DNA of 64,000 nucleotides from a bacterium (GTDB lineage Bacteria; SAR324; NAC60-12). The notes below the pieces were generated by a model. The model saw only the letters and a list, made by a program, of their open reading frames with translations. It was not told the DNA's origin and searched no databases. Position numbers and translations under genes: made by a program. The stretch spans positions 96,001-160,000 of the forward strand of contig CBDBHR010000026.1 of NCBI GenBank assembly GCA_965205865.1. The letters run 5' to 3'. Positions 1 through 10,963 of this stretch are shown here, one piece after another. The stretch's first letter is position 1. The number at the start of each line of letters is the position of its first letter.

Positions 1-829
1 ATCCCCATATGTCGGTGCGTGACAATTTGGGATTCGGCCTGAAACAGCAAAAACTCGACGGTAAGTTGATCGCGAAACAGGTTGATACGGCCGGGCAGAT
101 GCTGGGTTTGGGCGAGTTAATGCAGAGACGCCCCGTAGAGCTGAGCGGCGGCCAACGGCAAAGGGTCGCCGTAGGTCGCGCAGTGGTGCGTGACCCGACC
201 GTATTGTTAATGGATGAGCCCTTATCCAACCTGGATGCCAGCTTACGGGTCAGGACCCGCACCGAGATCAAACGCTTGCAACGCGAGCTCGGTACTACAG
301 CCATCTTTGTTACCCATGACCAGGAAGAGGCCATGGTGTTGTCCGACCGGGTGGCGGTGTTGCGTCAAGGCCAGTTACAGCAGATCGACTCGCCGCTGGA
401 AGTCTATCGCAACCCCAACAACCTGTTTGTTGCTTCTTTTATCGGCAGTCCGGCGATGAATTTTATCGCTGGGTCATTAACCGTTGCAGACCGTCAGCTA
501 CAATTCACTTCCCTGGATCATACCCGTTAGGACTTGAGACCATACGGGAAGAGACACTACGGGCCATCAACGGCACTCGTGAGGTCATGCTCGGCGTATG
601 CCCGACCGATATGCTGGTGGCAGCCGAGCGGGAACTGTCCTTGACCGGGAATGTTTTTTTGGTCGAACCGATCGGTCCGATTACTTATGTTGATCTGGAT
701 ATCGCCGGTTACACGCTTAAAGCGGTCGCTGATCCGGATCAGGCGCCGCAGATCGGCGATACCGTGAAGGTGGGTTTTTCCACCTCTCGGGTCTATGTCT
801 TTGATCCTGCCAGCGAGTTACGCCTATAA
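1..829 (+). pseudogene. Carbohydrate ABC transporter ATP-binding protein (MalK/UgpC type), 5'-partial, frameshifted near 510-530
   Basis: LSGGQRQRVA signature, LLMDEPLSNLD Walker B and HDQEEAM H-loop in 9..530; TOBE-like C-terminus continues in another frame (587..829). Confidence 0.8.
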
Positions 830-1447
830 GGCAGAAAACCCCTTCCAGTTTGTCCATGGCTCTGAAGAGCGATTCAGTTTTATAAAATGCAAAGAAGAGG
901 AGGAAGTATGAAATGTAGAGGCTGGAGTCGACGAGATTATGTTCGGCAATATTCCAACCGGTGATGTCGAAGCCTATCAGCGCGTGGAAGAGGAAATTGT
1001 CGCGGTCTTTTGATTGATAGATCCTCCGGACACGAAAAAACTTATTTTTCCAAACCAAGAGAAAGTGCATGCTCAAGGGCCTGTCTGGCACAAAAAACTC
1101 TTCGATTTAGATCATCCTTGTCATGATTGTATAGTTCAAAGCTGCTCCTTGGAAATCATGTTTTTTGAGTTTTAAGGTTTTCATTATCGTGTAAGGACGT
1201 GAAAACGATGGATCCTCCCCAGGATTTTTTTTTCAATGTTATTTAACCAAACTGGTTCTTTGGAGACCTGAAATAGTTACGATATATTTTGCTACCTGCG
1301 CATAAGATTCAATCGGGTCTTTGGGATGGAAAATTATCTGTGTTTCCAAGTAAGATTTCAATAAAAAATAATCTCTATCCGTATACGCGCATTCGGTTGT
1401 CAAATAAGGCAACTGATCAGGCAAGATTCTACAGGTTTAAGTTTCCA

Positions 1448-2764
1448 TCATTCAATATTTCCCAGATCTTCGCTGATTTCTGCGGGGGGTTTGTATGGTT
1501 GTGGATTTTTGAGGTGAATGAGGTGTACCCTTCTGCCAAATTTTTCGTGAAAGCGAGCGGGACGCTCCAGGGATGCGAATTCCTGAAAGGTCCATCCGAC
1601 GCTGGGCGCATATTTTTTGAAGTAGCCCAAGGCGTCGACGGGGGTATCCTGTTCTCGCCAATCGTGGAGGGTCAGATAGCAGGATCCTCCAGGTTTCAAA
1701 GTTTTCCTCAGTCTTAAAAGAATCTCACGAAAGAAGAGCTTCCATTGCTTCGGAGACATGCGCCTGGGTCCGATTTCATGGTGTTTCAAGTCTTTTTCAG
1801 ACAAATCGAGCCATTTCAATTGCAACTGGTAATGGCGGTAATAATCATAAGCGTCCGGCATGGGAGGATTGGTGATGATCAAATCCACGGGCTTTTCTTG
1901 AAAGCCATCCGGCGCATCAGTGAGCTTGTTTATGTCTTTCGCGGAAAGAATGGCAGCATTGGTCTTTACGGGGATTTTGCGATTGAATTCGTTTTGTAAT
2001 TTCAGCAATTCCTCCGTCAGGGTGAGCATGAGTCGCGAAATCACTCCTTTGCGGATAGAGGGGGTTTTTCGCTCTCCGGTCGGGTCTGCGCATTCATTTG
2101 AAAATCTGAATACCAAACCGACGAACACTGCACGTAGCGTCTCCCGGACCGGGGACGGGGGTAGCTTGTCGATCGCGTCGATCCAGGTCAGCAACTCCAC
2201 AAAAAGATGGGGAGCATAATGGGGTTTCAGCCAGGTCACGTTTCTACGGAGGATGATTTTTCTCTCTGCGGAACCATCTCTGGCGTTGACCTTTTGCTGC
2301 AAATTTTCGACCGTCCGGAGGACATGACGACTTTCAAGCGGAGTGCGCAGACGGCAGCGTTCTCGAGCCACCAGGGTTGCGATCGGATTCAGATCGTTTC
2401 CGGAAACTTCAAAGCCCCGACACATCCCCTCCACCAGGACGGTCCCTCCTCCCATGAAAGGGTCGAAAATCCGAAAACCCTTTCGCGCTTCCATTTTTTC
2501 CAGAAGCCGGCGCACGAGATGGGGATGACAGCGTCCCGGATAGGAATGGAAACCATGAGTGAAGGCAAAGTCAGGAGTGCGGAACTTCGGAAGAATCAAG
2601 GCCTGTACCAGCCGGGAATTGCCTTCTCCCTGTGGGCTAGTGCCGGTTTTTGCGGGAGAAACAGGTTCCCGGCGCACTGCCCTGATTTTTTTCCCGCTCG
2701 TATGCTGGGAATGAATCCTTTTTTTCTGCAAAGCTCTTTCGCCTAAAGGCAGTTTATTCGTCAT
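1448..2764 (-). CDS. Orphan SAM-dependent amino-(N4C/N6A-type) DNA/RNA methyltransferase-like protein
   Basis: HGFHSYPGR, IFDPFMGGGT (motif I), DLNPIA, DLIITNPPM (motif IV variant). Confidence 0.75.
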   Translation of the reverse strand: MTNKLPLGERALQKKRIHSQHTSGKKIRAVRREPVSPAKTGTSPQGEGNSRLVQALILPKFRTPDFAFTHGFHSYPGRCHPHLVRRLLEKMEARKGFRIFDPFMGGGTVLVEGMCRGFEVSGNDLNPIATLVARERCRLRTPLESRHVLRTVENLQQKVNARDGSAERKIILRRNVTWLKPHYAPHLFVELLTWIDAIDKLPPSPVRETLRAVFVGLVFRFSNECADPTGERKTPSIRKGVISRLMLTLTEELLKLQNEFNRKIPVKTNAAILSAKDINKLTDAPDGFQEKPVDLIITNPPMPDAYDYYRHYQLQLKWLDLSEKDLKHHEIGPRRMSPKQWKLFFREILLRLRKTLKPGGSCYLTLHDWREQDTPVDALGYFKKYAPSVGWTFQEFASLERPARFHEKFGRRVHLIHLKNPQPYKPPAEISEDLGNIE

Positions 2765-2860
2765 GCAATGGATTGAATAATTGAGGACGAGAATCAATCC
2801 AAGTCCTCGAGTTTACTGAAGATTCGTTCAAATTTTGAATTTATTGCGATGCACGGGTTT

Positions 2861-2970
2861 AATACCCCGCAGCTTGTTGCGTATTAAAAATTGAAGTTCT
2901 GAAATATACCCCGCTTGAGCGAAGCGAAAGTCGAGCCTAAGCAAGAGGGTTTGCCCCGGGGATCTTTATT
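2861..2970. repeat. REP-like element, same family as 43295-43415
   Basis: Shared ccgcagc..ttgYtgcg..ccgctYgagcgaagcgaaagtcRagcct..YttgcYccggg. Confidence 0.6.
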
Positions 2971-3165
2971 AAACCTTAAAATGAACTCGGGGTTCTCTAG
3001 AAGTCGTGAAAAAAGCTTGAATTCTAACGAATTCTCCTCAAAATGAAAGTGAAAGATTGGAATGCGCCTGCTTAATCTGCGCAATGCTATTGACATAATT
3101 CCGACATGCTGTAGAATCAGCCTAATAAGTACTAATTGAGAAAGTTCTGCATAAAGGAGCCTGCT

Positions 3166-4098
3166 ATGTTCAATTTTAAAGACCTGTCCAATTCCGAAAC
3201 AGAAGAAGAAAAATTCGACCCCGAAGCCTTTCGCCTGTCTTTTGCTGATTTTTTGGAGAAACGAAGGACGGCGGCGCGACCATACGTCTTTGATTTGAGG
3301 ACCGCTGAAGAATTTGAACATTCCCATCTGACGGGTGCCTACTCGCTGCCCATGTATCACTTTGAAGACGCCATTTACCAAATGCCCTATGAAGGAGATA
3401 TCCTGCTTTATGGCGGCGAAAATGATGAAGGGCGGCAAGCGGCGGAAATCCTCTATGAAAACGGATTCGACACTTTCCATTTTATCGAAGACTACCAGGG
3501 TCTGCTCGAATCTTTACGCCATGCCAGGTATTCCATTACCAACCACGCAATGGAAGGAATCAGGAAACGATTGCAAGATTCCTCCTTGAAGGGTTTTCGC
3601 ATTGTAGTCAAACCCATCTCAACAAAAAAAGCAAGGTACGGTTTCGCCTTCGTCAGTGCGGAAGAGGATACTTCCCGGGACACCGTCCTTGATTGCGGAG
3701 ATTTTGATATTTACTTGGACGCGGATGCGATGTTGTTCCTGGAAGGTACCACTGTCGACTATGACAACACTTCCGAAGAAAGATTCCAGGTCTCCAATCC
3801 GGAAAGAGAAGTGTCATCACTGAATGGTGACGAGAAGGAAATGATGGAACAACTGCTGGCAGAACAGATCAATCCAATGGTAGCTTCCCACGGTGGCTTC
3901 GTCGAGTTGATCGACATCAAGGAGGGTCGGATCTATCTGGAGTTCGGAGGCGGTTGCAAAGGTTGTGGCATGGTGAGCGCAACTTTGAAACAAGGAGTGG
4001 AAGTGCTGGTGAAGGAAAATATTCCGGGAATCGAGGAAATTCTGGACGTGACCGATCATGCCAATGGCACCAATCCCTATTACCAGCCTGGAAAATAA
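3166..4098 (+). CDS. Rhodanese-like / A-type carrier-like / NifU fusion (NfuA-like Fe-S biogenesis protein)
   Basis: FDLRTAEEFEHSHLTGA rhodanese N-terminus; FLEGTTVDY HesB-like region; INPMVASHGG..GGCKGCG NifU domain; RBS aaggag. Confidence 0.85.
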   Translation: MFNFKDLSNSETEEEKFDPEAFRLSFADFLEKRRTAARPYVFDLRTAEEFEHSHLTGAYSLPMYHFEDAIYQMPYEGDILLYGGENDEGRQAAEILYENGFDTFHFIEDYQGLLESLRHARYSITNHAMEGIRKRLQDSSLKGFRIVVKPISTKKARYGFAFVSAEEDTSRDTVLDCGDFDIYLDADAMLFLEGTTVDYDNTSEERFQVSNPEREVSSLNGDEKEMMEQLLAEQINPMVASHGGFVELIDIKEGRIYLEFGGGCKGCGMVSATLKQGVEVLVKENIPGIEEILDVTDHANGTNPYYQPGK

Positions 4099-4103
4099 GG
4101 TCG

Positions 4104-5522
4104 ATGCAACATGCGCTTTTGATTTCAACTTATGACCTGGGACATCAACCCTTCGGATTAGCCTCCCCGGCAGCCTGGCTGCAAAAGCATGGTTTTACGG
4201 TCCATTGCGGGGATACCTCCTTGGATCCTCTGCCTGTCGAGACCATCGAACAAGCGGATCTGATTGCTTTTTATCTTCCCATGCACACCGCAACCCGCCT
4301 CGCGGTCCGCACGATTTCCCAAGTCGTGCAAATCAACCCCAAGGCCCATCTTTGCTGCTACGGTTTGTACGCCCCCTTGAATGAAGACTACCTTCGCAGT
4401 CTGGGAGTGGGTACTATTCTGGGTGGCGAATTCGAAGCAGGTCTGCTCCATCTGGCCCGGCGTCTGAAAAACAGGGAAGGGCCGTTGCGGGCCTCACGCC
4501 AGCAAGAACCCGTCATCTCCCTGGCAAGACAGCAGTTCCTGCTCCCGGAACGTGGCAATCTGCCGGAGTTATCTCGTTACTCGCAATTGGTCCGGAGCGG
4601 GCAGAGCACAGGGACGGTTGGTTACGTGGAAGCATCCAGAGGATGCAAACATTCGTGTCGTCATTGTCCGATCGTGCCGATTTACAAGGGCAAATTCCGC
4701 ATAGTTCAAGCGGATATCGTGCGAGCGGACGTTCGTCAGCAAGTCGAAGCGGGAGCGGAACACATCACCTTCGGTGACCCCGATTTTTTCAATGGCACCG
4801 GACATACCCTGCCCTTGGTTCAGGCCATACACGATGAATTTCCCCGCCTGAGCTATGATGTCACCATCAAAATCGAACACATATTACGCCATGCGCATCT
4901 ACTGCCATTGCTGCAGGAAACAGGCTGCGTGATGGTCACCAGTGCCGTCGAATCCATTGACGAGCGGGTGTTGTCGATCTTTCGAAAGAATCACACGCAT
5001 GCGAATTTCATTCAAGCCGTTCAATTGCTCGATGAGACGAGTCTGGCTCTCAATCCGACCTTCATTCCCTTCACCCCCTGGACGACTGTCGAGGGTTACC
5101 GGGAATTGCTCTCCGCCATCCATGAGTTGGATCTGGTGGCAAGGGTCGCTCCTGTTCAATGGACGATTCGCCTGTTGATTCCAGCCGGCTCCCTACTTCT
5201 CGAGATCCCGGAAATTCGTGGAATTACAGGCAAATTCAACAATTCCTCTCTCACCTATGAATGGCGTCACCCGGACGAAAGAGTTGACGCGCTTCATGAA
5301 GAAATCACCCGGATCGTTACAGTGGAAACGGCAAAGCAAACATCGCATCAAAAAATTTTTACCATGATCTGGGAGAGAACGAATCAGTACTCGCCGCAGA
5401 ACCTCCCACCCCCCCTGCTACCCACGATTTCCTCTCGCGCCGCTTTCCCTTATTTGAATGAACCCTGGTATTGTTGAGCAGAGCCCTTGGATGAGCAGGT
5501 GGCTCGTCTCGGTGGCATTTGA
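4104..5522 (+). CDS. B12-binding radical SAM protein with CUAEP tail, predicted selenoprotein (UGA at 5475-5477)
   Basis: LISTYDLGHQPFGLASPAAWL N-terminus, CKHSCRHC motif; reading through TGA gives NEPWYC-U-AEPLDEQVARLGGI*. Confidence 0.88.
5490..5508 (+). promoter_or_regulatory. Putative bacterial SECIS hairpin
   Basis: GATGAGC-aggtg-GCTCGTC, a 7-bp stem with a G-containing loop starting 12 nt after the UGA. Confidence 0.7.
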
Positions 5523-5544
5523 ACTATCCGGCATTTTTCGTTCA

Positions 5545-5693
5545 GGAACAAACCTTAAATAACCTGTCAGATTATTCCAATGGGCAAAATTGGGGGACAT
5601 GTAACAGCAGGCATCCCAACTCTACTGTTTTATGCCTGCTGTTACCTGTCCCCTAATTTTTGCTATCCTGATTACTAACTTATTTTTTGTTCC
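5545..5693. mobile_element. MITE-like element family C
   Basis: ggaacaaa/tttgttcc ends; long internal hairpin; homologous to 55891-56053 and 62858-63020. Confidence 0.65.
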
Positions 5694-5815
5694 CAGGGTT
5701 CCTTCGGACTGCTGATTGATTTTGCAGGGAATGCAGGTAGAGTGTGGGTTTAAAACTCTCGGAAACAGACGGAATCAACCGCCAAAACGTGATATTGAAA
5801 AAGACTGATCAAAAT

Positions 5816-6814
5816 ATGCAAATCGAACACTCGTCCCTCTCTCCCGACACTACTCCGGATACCACCATCGACGTTCGTCAAGCATTCAGCATCGATATCG
5901 ATTTGCAAGTGCCGGCTTTCTCCGAGCGGACAGAGCAAGTACCGGAGTACGACAAGGTGTATCGTTTCAACCGGGAAACGACCCTGGCGATTCTTGCCGG
6001 TTTTGCCTTCAACCGTCGCGTGATGATTCAAGGCTACCATGGCACGGGAAAATCGACCCATATCGAGCAGGTCGCGGCCCGCTTGAATTGGCCCTGCATC
6101 CGCGTCAACCTGGACAGCCATATCAGCCGCATCGACCTGATCGGCAAGGACGCCATCGTTCTCAAGGAAGGGAAACAGGTCACCGAATTCCGCGAAGGCA
6201 TCCTTCCCTGGTGTCTGCAGCATCCGGTGGTCTTGGTATTCGACGAGTATGATGCCGGCCGTCCGGATGTCATGTTCGTCATCCAGCGTGTCCTGGAAGT
6301 GGAAGGCAAATTGACGCTGTTGGACCAGAACCGGGTGATTCACCCCCACTCTCATTTCAGGTTGTTTTCCACCACCAATACGGTGGGTTTGGGGGATACT
6401 TCCGGTCTTTATCATGGCACCCAGCAAATCAATCAAGGGCAGATGGACCGCTGGAACATCGTCACCACCTTGAATTACCTGCCACCGGAAGAAGAAATGA
6501 AAGTAGCCCTGGTCAATGCTCCCGAATGGCAGACCGAAGCAGGGCGAAGAACCGTTGCCAGTATGGTTTCCGTGGCCAACCTGACTCGGCAGGGATTCAT
6601 GAACGGTGATATTTCCACCGTCATGTCCCCGCGTACGGTCATCAATTGGGCGGAAAATGCATCGATCTTCAAGGATATCGGCTTTGCCTTCCGAGTCACT
6701 TACTTGAATAAATGCGACGAAATGGAACGCGCCACCATTGCAGAATACTACCAGCGTTGTCTGGGGGAAGAATTGTATGAATCCATCGTCAACCTGGCCC
6801 AGCTCGATTGCTAG
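5816..6814 (+). CDS. cobS: Cobaltochelatase subunit CobS (AAA+)
   Basis: [41 protein letters not shown]. Confidence 0.95.
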   Translation: MQIEHSSLSPDTTPDTTIDVRQAFSIDIDLQVPAFSERTEQVPEYDKVYRFNRETTLAILAGFAFNRRVMIQGYHGTGKSTHIEQVAARLNWPCIRVNLDSHISRIDLIGKDAIVLKEGKQVTEFREGILPWCLQHPVVLVFDEYDAGRPDVMFVIQRVLEVEGKLTLLDQNRVIHPHSHFRLFSTTNTVGLGDTSGLYHGTQQINQGQMDRWNIVTTLNYLPPEEEMKVALVNAPEWQTEAGRRTVASMVSVANLTRQGFMNGDISTVMSPRTVINWAENASIFKDIGFAFRVTYLNKCDEMERATIAEYYQRCLGEELYESIVNLAQLDC

Positions 6815-6851
6815 CTCACCAATACGACGATTCCGCGAAAAAGAGGAATAT

Positions 6852-8675
6852 TTGAAGAAGCCCAATGATTCCATGGAGACGCTCAAGCGGGCGCTCAGCG
6901 AAACCATGCGTGCCATTGCGGAGCAAAAAGACCTGCATGTCACTTTCAGCGGCAGCGCGCCTCTGATGAAAAACAAGGCCTCGCTGATCCCCCTGCCCAC
7001 CTCCGCCTTCACTCCTGATGAGATCGCCAAAAGTAGGGGTGCGGCGGACGCGTATGCCCTCCGCCTGCGCTACCACGATGACGAGATCCATCAAAATTTC
7101 AAACCGGAAACGGGCATGGCCTTGTCCATCTTCGAAGCAACCGAGGATGCGCGCCTGGCGGTTATCGGTTCAACTCATATGAAAGGCGTGGGCCACAATC
7201 TGGCCTGCGCGATGGAAGAGCGGCTCCGGCAACAGCAAAACTCGTCCTGTCGAGATAAAGAAGCCGAAGACGATCTGGGAGAAGCGCTCGGACTGCTCTT
7301 GCGGGAAAAATTGATCAGCCGTTCACTGTTGCCCCTCGCCAAAACTCTGCTCGACCAGAAACGAGAGTGGCTCGAAGAAAAATTGGCGGGGGAACTCGAT
7401 ACCGTTACGGAATTGATCCACGATCAGCAAGCCTTTGCCCTTAAATTCCGCCAGATCATCGAGTTGTTGGGATTTGAAAACCAGTTGAACTCCCCTCCTG
7501 AAGAAGATCCGCAGCAGGACGAAGATGACGAATTGGAAGAAAAACCACCAGATTCCGAAATGGATGAAGATTCCGAATCTGCCCAATTCGAAGAAGAGGA
7601 AAACGAAAGAGAAGGAGGAGAGGAGGATTTCGATCCCAACCGGGAGTGGCTTGATTCGGAGGAGTCTACCGAATCGGTACCCCTGCGACGTCCCCGCGTA
7701 GAATTTGGTGATATTACGAAAAATTTCTACTGCGCCTACACCACGGAATACGATGAAACGGTGAGGGCGGAAGAGTTGAGTGACCCCGAATCTTTGACTC
7801 GACTTCGCAAGCACCTGGATTATCAACTGGAGCCTATAAAAAATATCACAACCCGTCTGGCAGTCTGGCTGCAACGTCGCTTGATGGCCGTTCAGCAGCG
7901 CAGTTGGGAATTTGGCCTGGATGAAGGGATCCTCAATACGGCCCAATTGGCGGGGATCATCGTCAACCCCCTCCATTCGTTATCTTTCAAGCGGGAAAAA
8001 GATACTGAATTCCGGGACACGGTCGTGTCCCTTCTAATCGATTGTTCCGGTTCGATGCGGGGACGGCCGATGACCATTGCCGCCATGTGCGCCGATATCC
8101 TGGCGCAAACCCTGGAACGCTGTTCGGTCAGGGTCGAACTGCTGGGTTTTACGACAAGGGCATGGAAAGGCGGTAAATCCAGAGAGGATTGGTTGGCCCG
8201 GGGTAAACCTGAAAACCCGGGACGGTTGAATGATTTGCGGCACATTATCTATAAAGACGCCGATGTTCCCTACCGCCGGGCGCGGAAAAATCTTGGCTTG
8301 ATGATGCGAGAGGATTTGCTGAAGGAAAACATAGACGGCGAATCTCTCTTGTGGGCCCATAACCGCATTGCGGGACGGGAAGAACAGCGTAAAATCCTGA
8401 TGGTGATTTCCGATGGTCTGCCCGTGGACAACAGCACTTTGCTGGTCAACAAAAAAAACTTTCTGGAACGGCATCTTCATGCAGTGATCGAGGCGGTTGA
8501 AACATGTTCTCCAGTCGAATTGGTAGCCATCGGCATTGGTCATGATGTCAAACATTATTATAAAAGAGCCGTGCGAATTGCGGAAGTCGGCGAATTGGGA
8601 AAAACGATGGTGGAACAATTGACCGATCTTTTCGACATCAAAAAAAATCAAAATCGTCCGCGCAGCAGAATGTAG
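6852..8675 (+). CDS. cobT: Cobaltochelatase subunit CobT (VWA)
   Basis: RGAADAYAL, acidic linker, [21 protein letters not shown]; directly follows cobS. Confidence 0.93.
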   Translation: MKKPNDSMETLKRALSETMRAIAEQKDLHVTFSGSAPLMKNKASLIPLPTSAFTPDEIAKSRGAADAYALRLRYHDDEIHQNFKPETGMALSIFEATEDARLAVIGSTHMKGVGHNLACAMEERLRQQQNSSCRDKEAEDDLGEALGLLLREKLISRSLLPLAKTLLDQKREWLEEKLAGELDTVTELIHDQQAFALKFRQIIELLGFENQLNSPPEEDPQQDEDDELEEKPPDSEMDEDSESAQFEEEENEREGGEEDFDPNREWLDSEESTESVPLRRPRVEFGDITKNFYCAYTTEYDETVRAEELSDPESLTRLRKHLDYQLEPIKNITTRLAVWLQRRLMAVQQRSWEFGLDEGILNTAQLAGIIVNPLHSLSFKREKDTEFRDTVVSLLIDCSGSMRGRPMTIAAMCADILAQTLERCSVRVELLGFTTRAWKGGKSREDWLARGKPENPGRLNDLRHIIYKDADVPYRRARKNLGLMMREDLLKENIDGESLLWAHNRIAGREEQRKILMVISDGLPVDNSTLLVNKKNFLERHLHAVIEAVETCSPVELVAIGIGHDVKHYYKRAVRIAEVGELGKTMVEQLTDLFDIKKNQNRPRSRM

Positions 8676-8720
8676 TTGGCAAAATGTCCGCGCTGCCGTC
8701 TCTGTTGAGCGAAGTTTCGT

Positions 8721-9974
8721 TCAGGACGTAGTGATTTCTACCCGCAGACAATTGTAAGCCTCCCGCAAGGCATGTTCCACTGACTGAGGAGAAGGACCAC
8801 GACTAAAAATAAATCCCAGATAGCGGCTTCCGTAAGGCACGGGTTCCACAGGCTGCCCGGCAGGGATGGAAATCAAAACATCCTCGATTCCTGGGATCTC
8901 CCGAGCCTCTTCCAGACCAGTCACCCCTTGCAGGATTCCTTGTTCCGGCACTGGCAGCATCATCACGCCCGCCGCCTGATGATGACGTTGGACGGTCTGC
9001 ACTTCTTGTCCCAGAGCATGGAGTAAGATAAGTTCTTCCAGGGAAAGATTCCTGCTGAATTCCAAAACCCGGGAACACAATCCACCGATGGAGCGGGCGG
9101 CAATTTCGATCGGCCACACCCTTTCCCCGTCATAACGCAATTCTGCATGAACTGGTCCCTCCCGCAGCCCTAGAGCGCGAATCGCCTGTTGCGTGACATG
9201 AGCAATTTGCTCCTGAATATTTTCCGGCAACCGGGAAGGCGTGACATAGAGAGTTTCCACGAAAAACGGACCTTCCAGAGGATCAGGCTTGTCAAAAAGC
9301 GCAAGAATTTTCAATTCTCCCTTGGTCAGCAATCCTTCCAGGGATACTTCCTTACCAGGGATATATTCTTCCACCAGGATCTCTCGAACAGTTTCAAGAT
9401 GGAAAAGCGTTCCTGATTCCTGCTCGATTTCCGGATTCGAGAGCAAAGCCACAATCTGGTGAAAGGCCAGAGTGAATTCCGTGGAATTGTTGGCCCTGAT
9501 CACACCCCGGCTGGCAGAGAGAAAAGTGGGTTTCAACACGCAAGGATATTTAAGACGCTTGGCCCACTCCAGCGGATTCTCATCAATCGTGAGCAATTCA
9601 AAATGAGGGGATGGAATATTGGAAAATTGAAGCGCTTTTCGCATCAGGTACTTGTTTCGGGTGGCTTGCGCCGACTCTACGGAATTATGCGCCAGGGAGA
9701 GGGCTTCATTGGCCATTGCCGCCAAAATGACGGTTTTATCATCAATCCCGATCACGGCCTGAAAAGGTGATTCCTGCGCCATTTTCACCACCTGGGCCAC
9801 GGCTTTGCAGGGATCCTGAAAATCCAATACCAAGGTAGATCCCGGGGTCAATGGAGCCAGCGCCTGACTCTCGTCGGAAGCGACCACGACCTCCAGGCGG
9901 AGCCGTGCCGCCGCTTCCAAGAAGGCGCTAGCGCGATAAGTGGTGGTGGGAATGAGCAGCAATATGCGCGGCAT
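8721..9974 (-). CDS. ATP-grasp domain protein
   Basis: YPCVLKP..SASRGVIRA, LVEEYIPG, HAELR, IEIAARSIGG. Confidence 0.88.
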   Translation of the reverse strand: MPRILLLIPTTTYRASAFLEAAARLRLEVVVASDESQALAPLTPGSTLVLDFQDPCKAVAQVVKMAQESPFQAVIGIDDKTVILAAMANEALSLAHNSVESAQATRNKYLMRKALQFSNIPSPHFELLTIDENPLEWAKRLKYPCVLKPTFLSASRGVIRANNSTEFTLAFHQIVALLSNPEIEQESGTLFHLETVREILVEEYIPGKEVSLEGLLTKGELKILALFDKPDPLEGPFFVETLYVTPSRLPENIQEQIAHVTQQAIRALGLREGPVHAELRYDGERVWPIEIAARSIGGLCSRVLEFSRNLSLEELILLHALGQEVQTVQRHHQAAGVMMLPVPEQGILQGVTGLEEAREIPGIEDVLISIPAGQPVEPVPYGSRYLGFIFSRGPSPQSVEHALREAYNCLRVEITTS

Positions 9975-10335
9975 AAAGCGTTTTATTTTATTCAATACCG
10001 ATTCGATCGTTTCCCGGTCTCGAGTGAAATAAAGCATCACGAATGCATTCCGCCGCAAAATGACGGAACGATCAGGGTCGCGGCAAACCGGGGAGAATGA
10101 GACATGCAGAGATCAACGCCAACATTATCAATATTTGCCCCTGGAGGCAAAAAAAATGAGATGCTATTTTTTCAAAGCGATTTTTCAAGCTTTATGTTAG
10201 AAATGTAAAAAGGATTGACCTGATACCGGATTTTTCAAGGCAATCTGCCATTCTCGGGGTACGAAAAAAACTCAAACCCGGAAAAATTCCTTGTCTTCAG
10301 TTTTTCTCCTCATCCCCGCCTTATCTGAAGGTACA

Positions 10336-10533
10336 TAACCTGAGTTCGACATAAATCTTCAATAATATGAGTATCCTAGTGTATATGTCATCCTCGCGAA
10401 AGCGGGGATCCAGATTTCAGTCTGGCTGTATACCTCTGGATTCCTGCTTTCGCAGGAATGACAAGGTTTCTCTAAGATATGAAAATTCCATAACATATTG
10501 AAATTATTAAATTATTATCTCGAACTCAGGTTA
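10336..10533. mobile_element. MITE family A copy 1
   Basis: TIR TAACCTGAGTTCGA/TCGAACTCAGGTTA; internal gtcatcctcgcgaaagcggggatccag..ctggattcctgctttcgcaggaatgac palindrome; second copy at 32836. Confidence 0.85.
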
Positions 10534-10558
10534 CATTTAAAATTGCATAGGAATAACA

Positions 10559-10963
10559 ATGTCCGAAAAAATAGTGAAAAGTGAGGCGGAATGGCGGCAA
10601 CAACTGTCTCCCGAAGCCTTTAGAGTGTGCCGTAAAAAAGGGACGGAACAAGCTTTCAGTGGAATATATCATGATTGCAAGGAATCAGGCATTTACCGTT
10701 GCGCCTGCTGTGGCGCTGATTTGTTCTCCTCTGAAACGAAATTCGATTCCGGCACCGGATGGCCAAGCTTTTGGATGCCTCTGAATGAAGAAAAAATCGC
10801 TGTGGAAGACGATTACAGTCTTTTCATGAAACGAGTGGAAGTGCTATGCGCCCGTTGTGATGCGCACTTGGGACATGTTTTTGATGACGGACCTGCTCCT
10901 TCCTATAAAAGATACTGCTTGAATTCCGTGGCACTCGAACGAGTCGACCACGAAAAAGGATGA
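10559..10963 (+). CDS. msrB: Peptide methionine sulfoxide reductase B
   Basis: KFDSGTGWPSF, HLGHVFDDGP, RYCLNS. Confidence 0.96.
   Translation: MSEKIVKSEAEWRQQLSPEAFRVCRKKGTEQAFSGIYHDCKESGIYRCACCGADLFSSETKFDSGTGWPSFWMPLNEEKIAVEDDYSLFMKRVEVLCARCDAHLGHVFDDGPAPSYKRYCLNSVALERVDHEKG

Noticed and set aside
717-1424. Short minus-strand ORFs downstream of the methyltransferase as a restriction partner
   Set aside because: They are fragmentary with no nuclease motif and cannot be supported.
3954-4103. N-terminal extension of the radical SAM ORF
   Set aside because: It overlaps the NfuA-like gene; family-like sequence starts at ATG 4104.
5750-7030. Long antisense ORF over cobS, and similar shadow ORFs such as 56282-57289 and 24227-24994
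   Set aside because: They lie opposite well-supported genes and show no recognisable motifs.
10559-10963. MsrB as a second selenoprotein
   Set aside because: The catalytic residue is Cys (RYCLNS), and the TGA comes after the complete domain.
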